Shown: positions 29,001-38,512, counted from the first letter of the stretch. The stretch is 64,000 bases of DNA from an uncultured Conexibacteraceae bacterium (GCA_963844665.1 CAWJPB010000005.1:717703-781702), one strand, 5' to 3'. Program-made: numbers and translations. The notes: generated from the letters alone by a model not told the origin.

Positions 29001-30338
29001 GACCATCAACCGCGGCACTGAGGCGACGGTCCCAATTCCACCGGGGTTGGTGAGCGAGATGTTGCCGCCCGTCAGATCGTCGGCCGTGAGCGTGTTGGTT
29101 CGTGCCTTCTCGACAAGCGCGTTGTACGCGTCGAGGAATTGCTTGAAATTGAGGCGACCAGCGTCGCGGATCACCGGCACCATCAGCGTGTGACTGCCGT
29201 CCTTCTTCTCAACATCGACCGCGAGTCCGAGGTTGACGGCGCGGTCGTCGACCCGATACGGCACGGCCTGAGACTCGAGGTAGTGCTGGGCCATCACCGG
29301 CATCTCGTCGGTGGCGGCCTTGGCGATCGCGTATGCGATCAGATGCGTGAACGAAACCTTCTGACCGGCGTCCTTGAGCTGCTTGCGGCGCGCGTCCAGG
29401 GTCGTGACCGTCAGCGTCCGGAATGAGGTTGCGGTCGGGATTGAGCGACTCTCATCCATATAACGCGCGAGCGCGGCGGCGCCGCCCTTGATCCTCTCGG
29501 CGTTTTCGGGAACCTCGACCACGGTCGCGGCCGCAGCCAACACATCGTCCTTAGTAACGCGGCCGCCGCGGGCGCTCCCAGTGACGTTGGCGATATTGAC
29601 GTTGAGGCTGGTGGCCAGACGCTGGGCGATTGGGGTCGCGGTTTGCATTGAGGCGACGCCTTGAACCGGAGTTGCCTGCTGGGGCGGCTGTGGCGACGGA
29701 GATTGGCTGCCGCCGCCAGGCACGGCTGGAGGAGTCGCCGCGGCTCCAGCGCCGGCGGCCATCCGCGCGATCACCTGACCGACGCCGACGGTCGCGCCCT
29801 CCTCGAACAGAATCTCGGTGATGGTTCCGTCAGCGGGCGCCGGCAGCTCCATGTCCACCTTGTCTGTCGAAATCTCGACGACCGTGTCGCCGTCCTTGAC
29901 CGCATCGCCGACCTTGACGGCCCACTCCAGGATCGTGCCCTCTGTAACGCTCTCACTGCCGCCGGGAGTGACGATGTCGACGACCGCTGCGGCAGCCGCC
30001 TCCGCAAGCTCGGGTTGAGGCACGGCCTCCGCGAGCTCGGGTTGAGGCACGGTGCCAGCTGACCCGCCGCCGTTCGAACCGTTCTCCGATAGGGCGATCT
30101 CTGCCAGCGGCGCACCGACGGCAACCGTGTCACCTTCGGCCGCATAGAGCTTGACGATCTTCCCGGAAACCGGCGCCGGCACCTCGGCGTCGACCTTGTC
30201 GGTCGAGATCTCGACCAGCGTCTCGTCGGCGCGGATCTCCTCGCCCTCCTGCCGGTGCCATTCGAGGATGGTGCCTTCGACGACGGAGTCACCCATCGCC
30301 GGCATCACAACCTGAAAAGTGCCTGTCTCAACGGCCAT
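26025..30338 (-). CDS. kgd: Multifunctional 2-oxoglutarate dehydrogenase: 2 lipoyl domains + PSBD + succinyltransferase (E2) + E1
   Basis: Two STDKVD lipoyl motifs, TPIAQRLA...GGRVTKDDV PSBD, YDHRIIQG, GMAHRGR, HGDASF...NNQVGFTT, HGYEGAGPEHSSAR. Confidence 0.93.
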   Translation of the reverse strand: MAVETGTFQVVMPAMGDSVVEGTILEWHRQEGEEIRADETLVEISTDKVDAEVPAPVSGKIVKLYAAEGDTVAVGAPLAEIALSENGSNGGGSAGTVPQPELAEAVPQPELAEAAAAAVVDIVTPGGSESVTEGTILEWAVKVGDAVKDGDTVVEISTDKVDMELPAPADGTITEILFEEGATVGVGQVIARMAAGAGAAATPPAVPGGGSQSPSPQPPQQATPVQGVASMQTATPIAQRLATSLNVNIANVTGSARGGRVTKDDVLAAAATVVEVPENAERIKGGAAALARYMDESRSIPTATSFRTLTVTTLDARRKQLKDAGQKVSFTHLIAYAIAKAATDEMPVMAQHYLESQAVPYRVDDRAVNLGLAVDVEKKDGSHTLMVPVIRDAGRLNFKQFLDAYNALVEKARTNTLTADDLTGGNISLTNPGGIGTVASVPRLMVGQGTIVATGSIAYPVGLEAVGAQLGVEKVMSMTSTYDHRIIQGAESGRFLKAIEEYLQGERGFYEAVFSALGASLPALPAKPAPGAAAATVSQADAGSVAPARTTPTTAPSEELLQAVQAATSVLKAYRMHGHLAARLEPLGRVPEGDPALDPATVGLTPQLMAQIPARILRMYVPGDTLEQALPHLREIYCGPIAYEIEHIASHRQRLWLREAIESGTYRQPLTADEQKALLGRLTDVDAFERFMARAYLGAKRFSVEGLDMTVPMIDEIVKLSGQHGAREVVVGMAHRGRVNVLAHNLGRSYESLFAEFEGAKTLDAITTIPDGGTGDVKYHHGASGTYQLPDGESLIVRLESNPSHLEFVAPVVSGATRAAQTNRQGAHASQDTNAAVPVVLHGDASFPGQGVVAETLNLQALDGYTVGGTIHIIQNNQVGFTTDPEDSRSTTYASDMAKGFDVPIIHVNADDVPACMTAVRLAFAFRREFGHDVMIDLIGYRRHGHNEGDEPAYTQPEMYEVVKQHEPVRELFAGEMISAGVITEADSKAMTDAAWAVLTEHHERLKERLADVKEHPVDGATGEYKLGDLIAQEVSTAVDADKLEILNEELLAVPEDFQVNTKLARQLAERRKAFGPEHAGINWAHAEALAFATLLGEGIPLRLTGQDTERGTFSQRHLVLHDSKTGREHSAIQHLPGALATMELHNSPLSEIACVGFEYGYSQEAPETLVMWEAQFGDFANGAQVMIDQFITPGLAKWGVTSRLTLLLPHGYEGAGPEHSSARLERFLQLAAEGNIRVANLTTPAQYFHLLRRQARIAQQRPLVVMTPKSLLRLPAAASHVEDLSSGRFQPVLAEGGVDPDQVTRLLLCSGKVYYDIIGNARRAETSGVAIGRVELLYPFPEEEILALVRSYPNLREVIWVQEEPRNMGARAHMSPRLQQILPEHLEFGYVGRPERAASGEGYPAAHSREQNRIVTTALDLAQSISQYPSATPGDR
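30000..30053. repeat. 27-bp duplication in the inter-lipoyl linker (VPQPELAEA x2)
   Basis: CTCCGCRAGCTCGGGTTGAGGCACGGY x2. Confidence 0.9.
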
Positions 30339-30359
30339 CGAAGCTTCTGTCCTCGTAGG

Positions 30360-30677
30360 TTAGCGATTGGTGGCCGGCGAGAGCCGGGCGCGACGGTGCG
30401 ACTCGTAGATGAATCCGGCCGTGCCCATGAACGGACCCAGGCCGCCCAGCACCGCAACGGTAACTGCCAGCCAGAAAGGGATAACACGCCAGCGCGTCGC
30501 GGCAATGCAAACAAGCGACATTGCAATCCACACCAGTCCGTGCGTGAGGCCCAGGATGAAGGTCAGCGGCTCGGGGTTGTGAAACCCGAAAGCGCAGATC
30601 AGCAGGGCCAGATACACACATGAGTGCACGCACGAAATGACCTCCAGGCGCCTGAAGGTGACGACCCGCGTGAACAA
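30360..30677 (-). CDS. Small membrane protein (DUF3817-like)
   Basis: Three hydrophobic helices, G.THG..W pattern; TTG start inferred. Confidence 0.55.
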   Translation of the reverse strand: MFTRVVTFRRLEVISCVHSCVYLALLICAFGFHNPEPLTFILGLTHGLVWIAMSLVCIAATRWRVIPFWLAVTVAVLGGLGPFMGTAGFIYESHRRARLSPATNR

Positions 30678-30733
30678 TGGTTGCTGGTCGCGACCGACGG
30701 ATGGGTGCTGGTGGCGACTCACGGCTCGGCGGC

Positions 30734-31387
30734 TCAGGCGTCCTCGAGCAGCGCACCGAGACTGCGCAGTGGTGCATCGGCCTCGCTCGGCCACTGCTCG
30801 ACCCGGGCCGGCCACCACGCGAAGCTGTCGTGCTCGTGATCCGGCCTGACGAGCGCGCCCCGCGCCAGCAGGGCCTGCCCGACGAACATCACCATCCCGT
30901 TTGCCAGCCGGATCAGCGCCTCGACCCGCAGCTGCTCGGGGGTGACGCCCCATTCCTCGTCGAGTTCGCGCGTCAGCGTCTGCGCGGGGTTCTCGCCGAC
31001 CTCGACCGAACCCCCGGCGCCGAGCGCCCAGCGGCCGGCCCAGGATGCGACCCAGGCAGCGCGACGCCCGGCAAGCCAGGCGCCGTTCGCGTCACGCACG
31101 ACGCAAAGCGCTGAGATGCTGTTTCCGGCATCCTCGCCGAGCAGTCGCAAGGCCCAGCGGATCGGCTGCAGCTCGAGTCGAAGGCCGGTCGGGGTTTGCT
31201 CGAATCCGACCATCCGCGCCGCGAATCCGTCGTGGCTGGGAGAGCCGCGCCGACGCAGCTCGTCCAGCATCAGATCGGCCGCGGCAGTGGCGTCGGCCGT
31301 GGGCTTGAACGGATCCGATCGCCAAGCGACCTCGACCTCCTCCGGGTCCCACGGTCCCCGGGCCAGCAGCTCAGCTTGAACGGGCAC
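30734..31387 (-). CDS. NUDIX hydrolase
   Basis: GGSVEVGENPAQTLTRELDEEWG Nudix box. Confidence 0.85.
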   Translation of the reverse strand: MPVQAELLARGPWDPEEVEVAWRSDPFKPTADATAAADLMLDELRRRGSPSHDGFAARMVGFEQTPTGLRLELQPIRWALRLLGEDAGNSISALCVVRDANGAWLAGRRAAWVASWAGRWALGAGGSVEVGENPAQTLTRELDEEWGVTPEQLRVEALIRLANGMVMFVGQALLARGALVRPDHEHDSFAWWPARVEQWPSEADAPLRSLGALLEDA

Positions 31388-31401
31388 TCCAGACCGACAC
31401 G

Positions 31402-31761
31402 TCAGAATGGCGGCCGCAACGGCGGCGGGTACTCCTCGCCACCGCCACCCGGGCGGACGACCTCGAGCTCACGCGCCTCCTGAGCGACAGCGTCAACCAC
31501 GTCTTCCTCGGCCTCCTCCTGCTCACGGTTGTGGTCACCGTCGCAGAGAACACGGAACGCGCCGGTCACACCCCCGTCGGCCTGCAGGACGATGCCGGGC
31601 AAGATCTGCTCGCCCTCCTCGAGACCCAGCCGCTCGATGTCGAAGTTCGACATTCCGATGCCCCAGCTGTGATGGCCAGGGTTCTCGCGATCGTGCGCGG
31701 CAACGCCCTGCGCGAGCCGCTCGAGCAGGTAGGCGATCTTGCTGCGTCCGTCTCCGGGCAT
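31402..31761 (-). CDS. Hypothetical protein
   Basis: 119-aa ORF with GC3-biased codons in the same-strand gene run; acidic C-terminus. Confidence 0.6.
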   Translation of the reverse strand: MPGDGRSKIAYLLERLAQGVAAHDRENPGHHSWGIGMSNFDIERLGLEEGEQILPGIVLQADGGVTGAFRVLCDGDHNREQEEAEEDVVDAVAQEARELEVVRPGGGGEEYPPPLRPPF

Positions 31762-31795
31762 CTCCGTCGAAGGCTAGCTCAGTTGGCTCGGTTGG

Positions 31796-32752
31796 CTACC
31801 TCAGCTCGGCTGCCGCCGGCTCGGGCGGGCGCCACATGATGCTGCGGTCGCGGCCGTCGCGCTTGGCCCGGTACAGCGACTGGTCGGCGTGCTCGTAAAG
31901 CAGAGCCGCATCGTGGAGCGCGCCGCGCATCGCCACGCCGATCGAGATCGTCAAGCTTCCGATGCCATCAAATGGCATCTCACATATTGCTCGCCGAGCG
32001 CGCTCGACCGCAGCCCATGCGCCATGAGAGTGGACCTCCGGCAGGATCCAGGCGAACTCCTCGCCTCCGATGCGGGCCAGCAGATCGCCTTTGCGGAGCA
32101 CCTGCGCAAGCCGTGCCGCGGCCTCGCGCAGGGCGCGGTCGCCGACCGGGTGACCGTGCTCGTCATTGACCGATTTGAAGTGGTCGAGATCGAGGATTGC
32201 GACCGCGAGCGAGCGATCGTGCCTGATCGCGTCGGAAATCTCCTGCTCGAGCCGCTCGTCGAACAGACGCCTGTTTGCCAGCCCCGTCAGCGGATCGTGT
32301 GTGGCAAGCCGCTCGAGTTCGATCTGGTAGTCGTGGCGGGTCGAAACGTCCCGAATCGTGCTGACCCAGGCAAGCACGTTGCCGTGCGAATCGCGCGCCG
32401 GCGAAACCGTCACCTCGCCGATGAAACGGCTGCCGTCCTTATGCATCAGGGGAAGCTCGAGCGGCTGGCTGCGGCCTGAAGGACTCGCGAGTGCCTGCTT
32501 CACGATCCGCTCGCCGAGCGCCAGGCTCACGTCCGACCCCTCCGGAGGCGTGAATGGCCAGGGCATCTCAAGGTTCAGCAGCTCCTCGCGCTGGAACCCG
32601 AGCACATCACACAGCGTCTGGTTGATCTCGACGATCCGTCGCCCGTCCGTGACCATGTAGCCGACGGAGACCGCGTCAAGGATCGCGCGAGCCTGATTGC
32701 GCACGCCGTTCAGGCTCTCGCCGCCCCGCGAGAGGTGAGCTTCCCCATACAT
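31796..32752 (-). CDS. PAS-GGDEF diguanylate cyclase
   Basis: PAS (HKDGSRF...RDVS), THDPLTGLANRR, DLDHFKSVND, ARIGGEEF. Confidence 0.9.
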   Translation of the reverse strand: MYGEAHLSRGGESLNGVRNQARAILDAVSVGYMVTDGRRIVEINQTLCDVLGFQREELLNLEMPWPFTPPEGSDVSLALGERIVKQALASPSGRSQPLELPLMHKDGSRFIGEVTVSPARDSHGNVLAWVSTIRDVSTRHDYQIELERLATHDPLTGLANRRLFDERLEQEISDAIRHDRSLAVAILDLDHFKSVNDEHGHPVGDRALREAAARLAQVLRKGDLLARIGGEEFAWILPEVHSHGAWAAVERARRAICEMPFDGIGSLTISIGVAMRGALHDAALLYEHADQSLYRAKRDGRDRSIMWRPPEPAAAELR

Positions 32753-32825
32753 CCCAGTTATTTGATAGCGCCCCGCCGGTCGAATCGCAAGGGGCCTGGG
32801 TTGCCAAGCGGTTACGCTCCATGCA

Positions 32826-33596
32826 GTGATCGTCGAGCGCTCCATGAGCATGCCGTGGCTGTCCAACACCTATCTGGTGCTTGACGAGGACACACGGAAG
32901 GCCGTGATGATCGACGCCGGCGGCCCCGTCGAGCCACTGCTGGAGCTGCTCGACCGCGACGGTTATGTGCTCTCCCACGTGCTCCTGACCCACCACCATC
33001 ACGATCACATCGCCGAACTCGACGCCGTGATCGCGCGGCATCCACAGGCGTCGGTCCTGATCCACCCGCTTGAGCGCTCAGCGGTGCCGGCGGCCACGGG
33101 CGATCTGCTGCCGGGCGAGACGCTGATCGTCGGCGGGCTGACAATCGAGCCGCTTCACACGCCGGGCCACACCGCAGGCATGATCTCGCTGCTGATCAAC
33201 TCAAGCGACGTTTTCACCGGCGACACCCTGTTCAGGGGATCGGTCGGCGGCGTCAGGGCACCGGGCCACACCACCTACGCCGATCTCAAGAGCTCCGTGA
33301 TGGACACGCTGCTGTCGCTGCCACCGCAGACGCGGATACATCCCGGCCACACCGAGCCCACGACGGTCGCCGACGAGCTCGAGAACAACCGCTTCGTGCG
33401 GATCTGGAGCGGTCGCGATCAGGAGGAGGATCGCGCCTGCACCGCGATGGGAGAGCCGGCCACGTTGATCCTGCTCGGCGACGACTACGACGGGGGTCAC
33501 AAGGCGTGGGTCCGCTGGAGCGATGGCAGCGACGACATAGTCGCCGGGTCTCGGGTGGTCGTGGACGAGGCCGGCAGACTCGGCGACCCGCGTTAG
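32826..33596 (+). CDS. MBL-fold metallo-hydrolase (glyoxalase II-like)
   Basis: THHHHDH, HTPGHT, TGDTLF, HPGH. Confidence 0.9.
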   Translation: MIVERSMSMPWLSNTYLVLDEDTRKAVMIDAGGPVEPLLELLDRDGYVLSHVLLTHHHHDHIAELDAVIARHPQASVLIHPLERSAVPAATGDLLPGETLIVGGLTIEPLHTPGHTAGMISLLINSSDVFTGDTLFRGSVGGVRAPGHTTYADLKSSVMDTLLSLPPQTRIHPGHTEPTTVADELENNRFVRIWSGRDQEEDRACTAMGEPATLILLGDDYDGGHKAWVRWSDGSDDIVAGSRVVVDEAGRLGDPR

Positions 33597-33623
33597 CCGC
33601 ACCCGGCGCGCACGCTTCTCGCG

Positions 33624-35015
33624 ATGGCTGACGGCAGCAAGATTCCCAAGTCAAGGGTCCGGCGCACGGCCAAGATCGGCAGCCTCGCGGCCGGTCAGGC
33701 GCTCCGTCAGGCAGGCACGATCGCCGGCAATGTGGCACGGTCGAAGGAGGGGGCCGACGCAGCCCTCGAGCGTCGCAATCTCGAAGCGGCTGAGCAGATC
33801 GTGACCGCGCTGGGGACGATGAAGGGCGCGGCCATGAAGATCGGGCAGGTGCTGTCGTTCCTGGACACGGGCCTGATCCCGCCCGAGCATCGCGACGAGT
33901 TCCAGCGAAAGCTTGCGAAGCTGCGCGACTCAGCGCCGACCGTCGCGTTCAAGGACATGCGAAAGGTGATCGAGCAGGAGCTCGAGCAACCTTTGGACGA
34001 GGTCTTCGCGCAGTTCGAAGAGCTGCCGGTGGCGGCCGCATCGATTGGTCAGGTCTACCGGGCGACGCTCCACGACGGCCGTGACGTTGCGGTCAAGGTC
34101 CAGTACCCTGGCGTCGCCGCAGCCGTCCGGGCAGATCTTCAGAACCTCGGCATGATTCTGCGGCTCGCCAAGCGGATCGCACCAGGACTCGACCCCAAGA
34201 CCGTCGGCGAGGAGATCCGTCACCGGATCGAGGAGGAGCTCGATTACGAACTCGAGGCGCAGAACCAGCGCACGCTCGCACGACTGCACCGTGGACATCC
34301 GTTCATCGTCGTTCCAGACGTGGTCACCTCGCTCTCACGCGAGCGCGTGCTGGTGACCGAGTTCGTCGTTGGCACCGGGTTCGAGGAGATCAAGACCTAC
34401 ACGCAGGCCGAGCGCGATCGTGTCGGTGAGATCCTGTTCCGCTTCTACTTCGGCTGCATGTATCGCCACCACCAGTTCTCAGGCGACCCACATCCGGGTA
34501 ACTCGATGCTGTTGCCTGATGGCCGCGTCGCGTTCTTCGACTTCGGCCTGTTCAAGCGGATGCCGGCCGGATCGGTCGAGCTGGAGATGGACATCGCGCG
34601 CGCCGTGATCGAGGGCGACACCGACACGATCATGCGACTCGGAACAGAGGTCGGCTTCTTCCCGGATCCCGAGAAGTTCGATCCGGATCGGGTGCTGCAG
34701 CACTTCCGCGCAGCCACCTCGTGGTACACGGTTGACCAGGAGATCGAGGTCACGCCCGAGTTCGCAACCCAGGTGCTGATCGACATGAGCGATCCACGCT
34801 CGGAGTACTTCGGTCAGATGCGCCACGAGTCCGCGCCGCCTGACCACCTCTTCGGCCGCCGCATGGAAGTGCTGACGCTGGCGGTGATTGCTCAACTGCA
34901 CTCGCGCGGCAACTTTCACCGGATCGCTCGCGAGTGGTACTACGATGATCCGCCCGCCACAGCGCTCGGCGAGCTCGAGGCAGCGTTCTACTCGGCCCGC
35001 CAAACGACCGCCTGA
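33624..35015 (+). CDS. ABC1/UbiB (AarF) atypical protein kinase
   Basis: AAASIGQVYRA, VAVKVQYPG, ELDY..EA, GDPHPGN, FDFG. Confidence 0.92.
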   Translation: MADGSKIPKSRVRRTAKIGSLAAGQALRQAGTIAGNVARSKEGADAALERRNLEAAEQIVTALGTMKGAAMKIGQVLSFLDTGLIPPEHRDEFQRKLAKLRDSAPTVAFKDMRKVIEQELEQPLDEVFAQFEELPVAAASIGQVYRATLHDGRDVAVKVQYPGVAAAVRADLQNLGMILRLAKRIAPGLDPKTVGEEIRHRIEEELDYELEAQNQRTLARLHRGHPFIVVPDVVTSLSRERVLVTEFVVGTGFEEIKTYTQAERDRVGEILFRFYFGCMYRHHQFSGDPHPGNSMLLPDGRVAFFDFGLFKRMPAGSVELEMDIARAVIEGDTDTIMRLGTEVGFFPDPEKFDPDRVLQHFRAATSWYTVDQEIEVTPEFATQVLIDMSDPRSEYFGQMRHESAPPDHLFGRRMEVLTLAVIAQLHSRGNFHRIAREWYYDDPPATALGELEAAFYSARQTTA

Positions 35016-35021
35016 GCGGTC

Positions 35022-35369
35022 TCAGTCGCCGGTGAGCGTCAGTGTCGTGATCGAGTCCATCAGCGTGTAGAGGCTGCCAAAGGCAGCCGTGCTGACGCTG
35101 CCCGCCGCCGCCAGCTCGTCGACCAACCTCGACGCGGTTGCCAGGTTCGGCGGAATACTCGCCTCGAAGCCATCGACGGTCAGCTTCGACGCGCCGCTGA
35201 TATCGACCAGCGCTGCGGCCGCCTGCTCAGCGGGTGACTCATGGTGGTTGCCAAGGCTCAGGGCACCGGCAGCACCGGCAGAGCCCCCGACCTGCGGTCC
35301 CTGCTCCGTCTGCCCCTGCACCGTAGAAGCGGTTGGGCGCAACCCGCTGGACACCCCGACGGTCGGCAT
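35022..35369 (-). CDS. Hypothetical protein
   Basis: 115-aa ORF filling the gap after pyk; GC3-rich codons in its second half; no motif. Confidence 0.45.
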   Translation of the reverse strand: MPTVGVSSGLRPTASTVQGQTEQGPQVGGSAGAAGALSLGNHHESPAEQAAAALVDISGASKLTVDGFEASIPPNLATASRLVDELAAAGSVSTAAFGSLYTLMDSITTLTLTGD

Positions 35370-35456
35370 AACGCGCCCAAGTCTAAATCCGGAGATAAGC
35401 CTCTCAAAGCGCCCGGGCCGCTCAGCGGACGAATGTCCGATGCGATAACCGGCTTT

Positions 35457-36863
35457 TCAGACCCTTTGAATTTGCAGGAGACTCGTGGTACCGGGACGGC
35501 CGCTCGGCAGTCCTGCGGTGATCGCCACGCGCTGTCCCGGTTTGACCCAGCCAAGCTCGACCACACGCCGAGCAGAGTCCGCGATCAGCGCCTCGGTGAC
35601 CTCGTGCCTGCGTATCGAGGCGGCGCGTACGCCCCAGATCAGTCCGCAGCGACGAACCGTCTCGCGCCCCGGTGAGAGCGCATAGATCGGCACATTCGGG
35701 CGGTGGGACGCAACCAACCGGGCCGAGCGCCCCGAGAGCGTCGGGGTGATGATCGCTGCCAGGTGCAGTTCGCGAGCGGCCGCGCAGGCGCTGTACGCGA
35801 CCGTGTAGGCGGGGTCACGAGCGTCACGGCGCACGCGACCGTCGTTCCATTCCCGGTATGGAAGACCCTGCTCGGTGTGCTCGGCGATCGACGCCATCAT
35901 CGCAACCGTCTCGACCGGATACTGCCCAACTGCCGTCTCCTGAGACAGCATCACCGCGTCGGTCCCGTCGAAGATCGCGTTGGCGACGTCGGTCGCCTCC
36001 GCTCGAGTCGGGCGTGGCGAGGAGACCATCGAGTCGAGCATCTGCGTGGCGGTGATCGACGGCCGTGCCAGTTGGCCCGCGAGTTTCAGCAGGCGCTTCT
36101 GAGCCAGCGGCACGTCCTCGATCGGCAGCTCGATTCCCAGATCCCCGCGCGCGACCATCACGCAGTCAGCCGCGCGGATGATGTCGTCGGCGGCCTCCAT
36201 CGCCTGTGGCTTCTCAATCTTTGCGATCAGCGGAAGCCGCGTGTGCTTGCGCACGCTGGTGATGTCCTCGGCGGAGCGCACGAACGAGAGCGCAACCAGA
36301 TCAACCCCGATCTCCTCCCCGAAGCGCAGCATCTCGAGATCTTCGGCGGGCACCGCCTCGAGTCCGCGAGTCGAACCAGGAATGTTGAGTCCCTGCCGCG
36401 AGGCCACGGCACCGCCGACCTCGACAGTCGTCTCGACCTCGCCGTCCCCAGGGCGCACTGCACCCACACGGAGCCGGATCTTGCCGTCGGCGAGGTAGAT
36501 CACATCGTTGGGATCGACCGCGTCCGCAAGCCCTGCCCAGCTGACCGACAGCCGACGCTCGTTACCGACCGCGGTCGAACCGCACATCAGCACGAGGGCG
36601 TCACCAGGCTTGAGATCGGCGTACTCATTCTCAATCACGCCGACCCGGAGCTTCGGCCCTGGCAGGTCCTGCAGGATTGCCACCTGACGTCCGGCTGCAC
36701 TCGCGGCAGCGCGCACCCGTTCGGCGTTTTCAGCGTGGAGCTCGAGGTTTCCGTGCGAGAAGTTCAGCCGCGCGACGTCCATGCCGGCCTCGACCAGGCG
36801 GACCAGCACCTCCGGCTCCTGCGATGCGGGGCCGATGGTTGCGACGATCTTGGTGCGGCGCAT
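35457..36863 (-). CDS. pyk: Pyruvate kinase
   Basis: MRRTKIVATIGPAS, RLNFSHG, AKIEK, VARGDLG, ATQMLDSM. Confidence 0.96.
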   Translation of the reverse strand: MRRTKIVATIGPASQEPEVLVRLVEAGMDVARLNFSHGNLELHAENAERVRAAASAAGRQVAILQDLPGPKLRVGVIENEYADLKPGDALVLMCGSTAVGNERRLSVSWAGLADAVDPNDVIYLADGKIRLRVGAVRPGDGEVETTVEVGGAVASRQGLNIPGSTRGLEAVPAEDLEMLRFGEEIGVDLVALSFVRSAEDITSVRKHTRLPLIAKIEKPQAMEAADDIIRAADCVMVARGDLGIELPIEDVPLAQKRLLKLAGQLARPSITATQMLDSMVSSPRPTRAEATDVANAIFDGTDAVMLSQETAVGQYPVETVAMMASIAEHTEQGLPYREWNDGRVRRDARDPAYTVAYSACAAARELHLAAIITPTLSGRSARLVASHRPNVPIYALSPGRETVRRCGLIWGVRAASIRRHEVTEALIADSARRVVELGWVKPGQRVAITAGLPSGRPGTTSLLQIQRV

Positions 36864-36904
36864 CTGGGCGCTAGGGGGTTTTGATCGTCGACACGCAAAA
36901 CACC

Positions 36905-37984
36905 CTACTGAATTAGTGTCCCATTCCGTATCAGGACCTCGCCGTCCACGCTCAACTGGCCGCCCTTGCGCAGATCACAGATCAGATCCCAGTGCAGCGC
37001 GGAAACATTGACCCCACCGGTCTCCGGATATGAGTTGCCCAGCGCGAGGTGCACGGTGCCTGCGATCTTCTCGTCGAGCAGCGTCGAGCCGGTCGCTCGG
37101 TCGATCCCGGTGTTGGTGCCGATCCCCAACTCCCCGAGGAAACGCGCGCCGCGATCGGTCCCGAGCGCGGCCTGCAGATGCTCGTCGCCGACGGCCGCCC
37201 GCGCAGCGACGAGCTCGCCGTCCTCGAAGCGAATCTCGACGTCACTGACGTCGGCCCCCCGGCCGCTCGACGGCACGTCGAAGCGGATCGTTCCGTTCGC
37301 GGAGCGCTCGTGCGGGCCTGTGAAGACCTCGCCGCTGGGCATGTTGCGCCGCCCATCCGAGTTGACCCAGGTGCGCCCTCCGACATCCAGGCGCAGGTCG
37401 CTTCCGGCGCTCTCGATCCTGATCTCACAGGCGGAGGCGAGCCGCTCGATCAGCTGCGCTTGGTCGTCGCGCAGCCGCGCCCAGGCGCCCACCGGATCGG
37501 GCTGGTCGAGGAACAGGGCACGCTGCAGGAAATCTGCATAGGCGGACTCGCTCATCCCCGCCTGCTCGGCCAGGGCGGGTGTCGGCCAGATCGTCACAGA
37601 CCAGCGCCTGCGTGCCCGTGCGGCCCGCAGCGACGCCAGTGCCCGCGCATGGCGGGCCACCGTCTGTGGGTCCACATCCGCAAGCGCGTTGAGGTTGACC
37701 GGCGCGCTGATCCGCACGCTCGCGTCTGCCGTTTCGTATTCCGACAGTTGGACAGCGGCAACGTGGTCGAGTTGCAGGTCGCGCGCATGCCGGAAGAAGT
37801 CGGCCTGGACCCCGCCCGGAGCGAGCCGCAGCAGCGGCCATGCCTCACGCTCCAGCACCGCGCGGTGCACCGCCACCGCCAGCTCCTCCCCAAGCGTGCT
37901 GGTCTCGATCAGGATTTGCTGTCCGGGCTCCACCTCGAGACACCAGTCGGCGATCAGCACGGCGAACGCGTCAGCGTCGATCAC
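36905..37984 (-). CDS. Aminopeptidase, M29 (AmpS/PepS-like)
   Basis: NMPSGEVFTGP, GELGIG, LLDEKIAGTVHLALG, SALHWDLI. Confidence 0.9.
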   Translation of the reverse strand: MIDADAFAVLIADWCLEVEPGQQILIETSTLGEELAVAVHRAVLEREAWPLLRLAPGGVQADFFRHARDLQLDHVAAVQLSEYETADASVRISAPVNLNALADVDPQTVARHARALASLRAARARRRWSVTIWPTPALAEQAGMSESAYADFLQRALFLDQPDPVGAWARLRDDQAQLIERLASACEIRIESAGSDLRLDVGGRTWVNSDGRRNMPSGEVFTGPHERSANGTIRFDVPSSGRGADVSDVEIRFEDGELVAARAAVGDEHLQAALGTDRGARFLGELGIGTNTGIDRATGSTLLDEKIAGTVHLALGNSYPETGGVNVSALHWDLICDLRKGGQLSVDGEVLIRNGTLIQ

Positions 37985-38361
37985 GGAGTCTCCAATTCCG
38001 GGAAGTTCGCTGCCAGATGCGCGCGCAGACTGTCGCGCACGAACTGCCGTTCCTCGCCACTCGCCATCCGATAGCGCCCAAGCAGCTCGCGCTGCCGATC
38101 GGTGCGCACGCCCGCGATTGTCCACGCCACCGCGAGCCGCTCGAACAGCAGCTCAGTCGCCCGCTGCCAAGCGTCCTCCCGGTTCAGGCCGCCGGCGAGC
38201 GTCGCCGTGTATTCGGCGCGGGCTCTTACCGTCAGCGACCCGCGCAGCTCGAGCTGGCCCGTGTCCGGGTCTCCGTAAATCGTCGTCGGGGCCTTCAGCT
38301 CGGGGCCGGTGACTTGGTGTTCACCGGCCCCGCCGGAGCGCTTGCGTCCACGCTTTCCCAT
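37981..38361 (-). CDS. Hypothetical protein
   Basis: 126-aa ORF with basic N-terminus; 4-nt overlap with the aminopeptidase start. Confidence 0.7.
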   Translation of the reverse strand: MGKRGRKRSGGAGEHQVTGPELKAPTTIYGDPDTGQLELRGSLTVRARAEYTATLAGGLNREDAWQRATELLFERLAVAWTIAGVRTDRQRELLGRYRMASGEERQFVRDSLRAHLAANFPELETP

Positions 38362-38512
38362 GCAGCCAGACTAGCTCCGCAACTCCCAAATCGACGGACC
38401 AAGCCTGGCCTCGGGCGAGCCGGTGCTCTCATCAAGCCCAAACCCCCAAAGGTCCGCGTTGACACGGGTGGTGGGAGTTCGAAGGCGCTGAACCGTGGCC
38501 CGTCGAGCGCTA

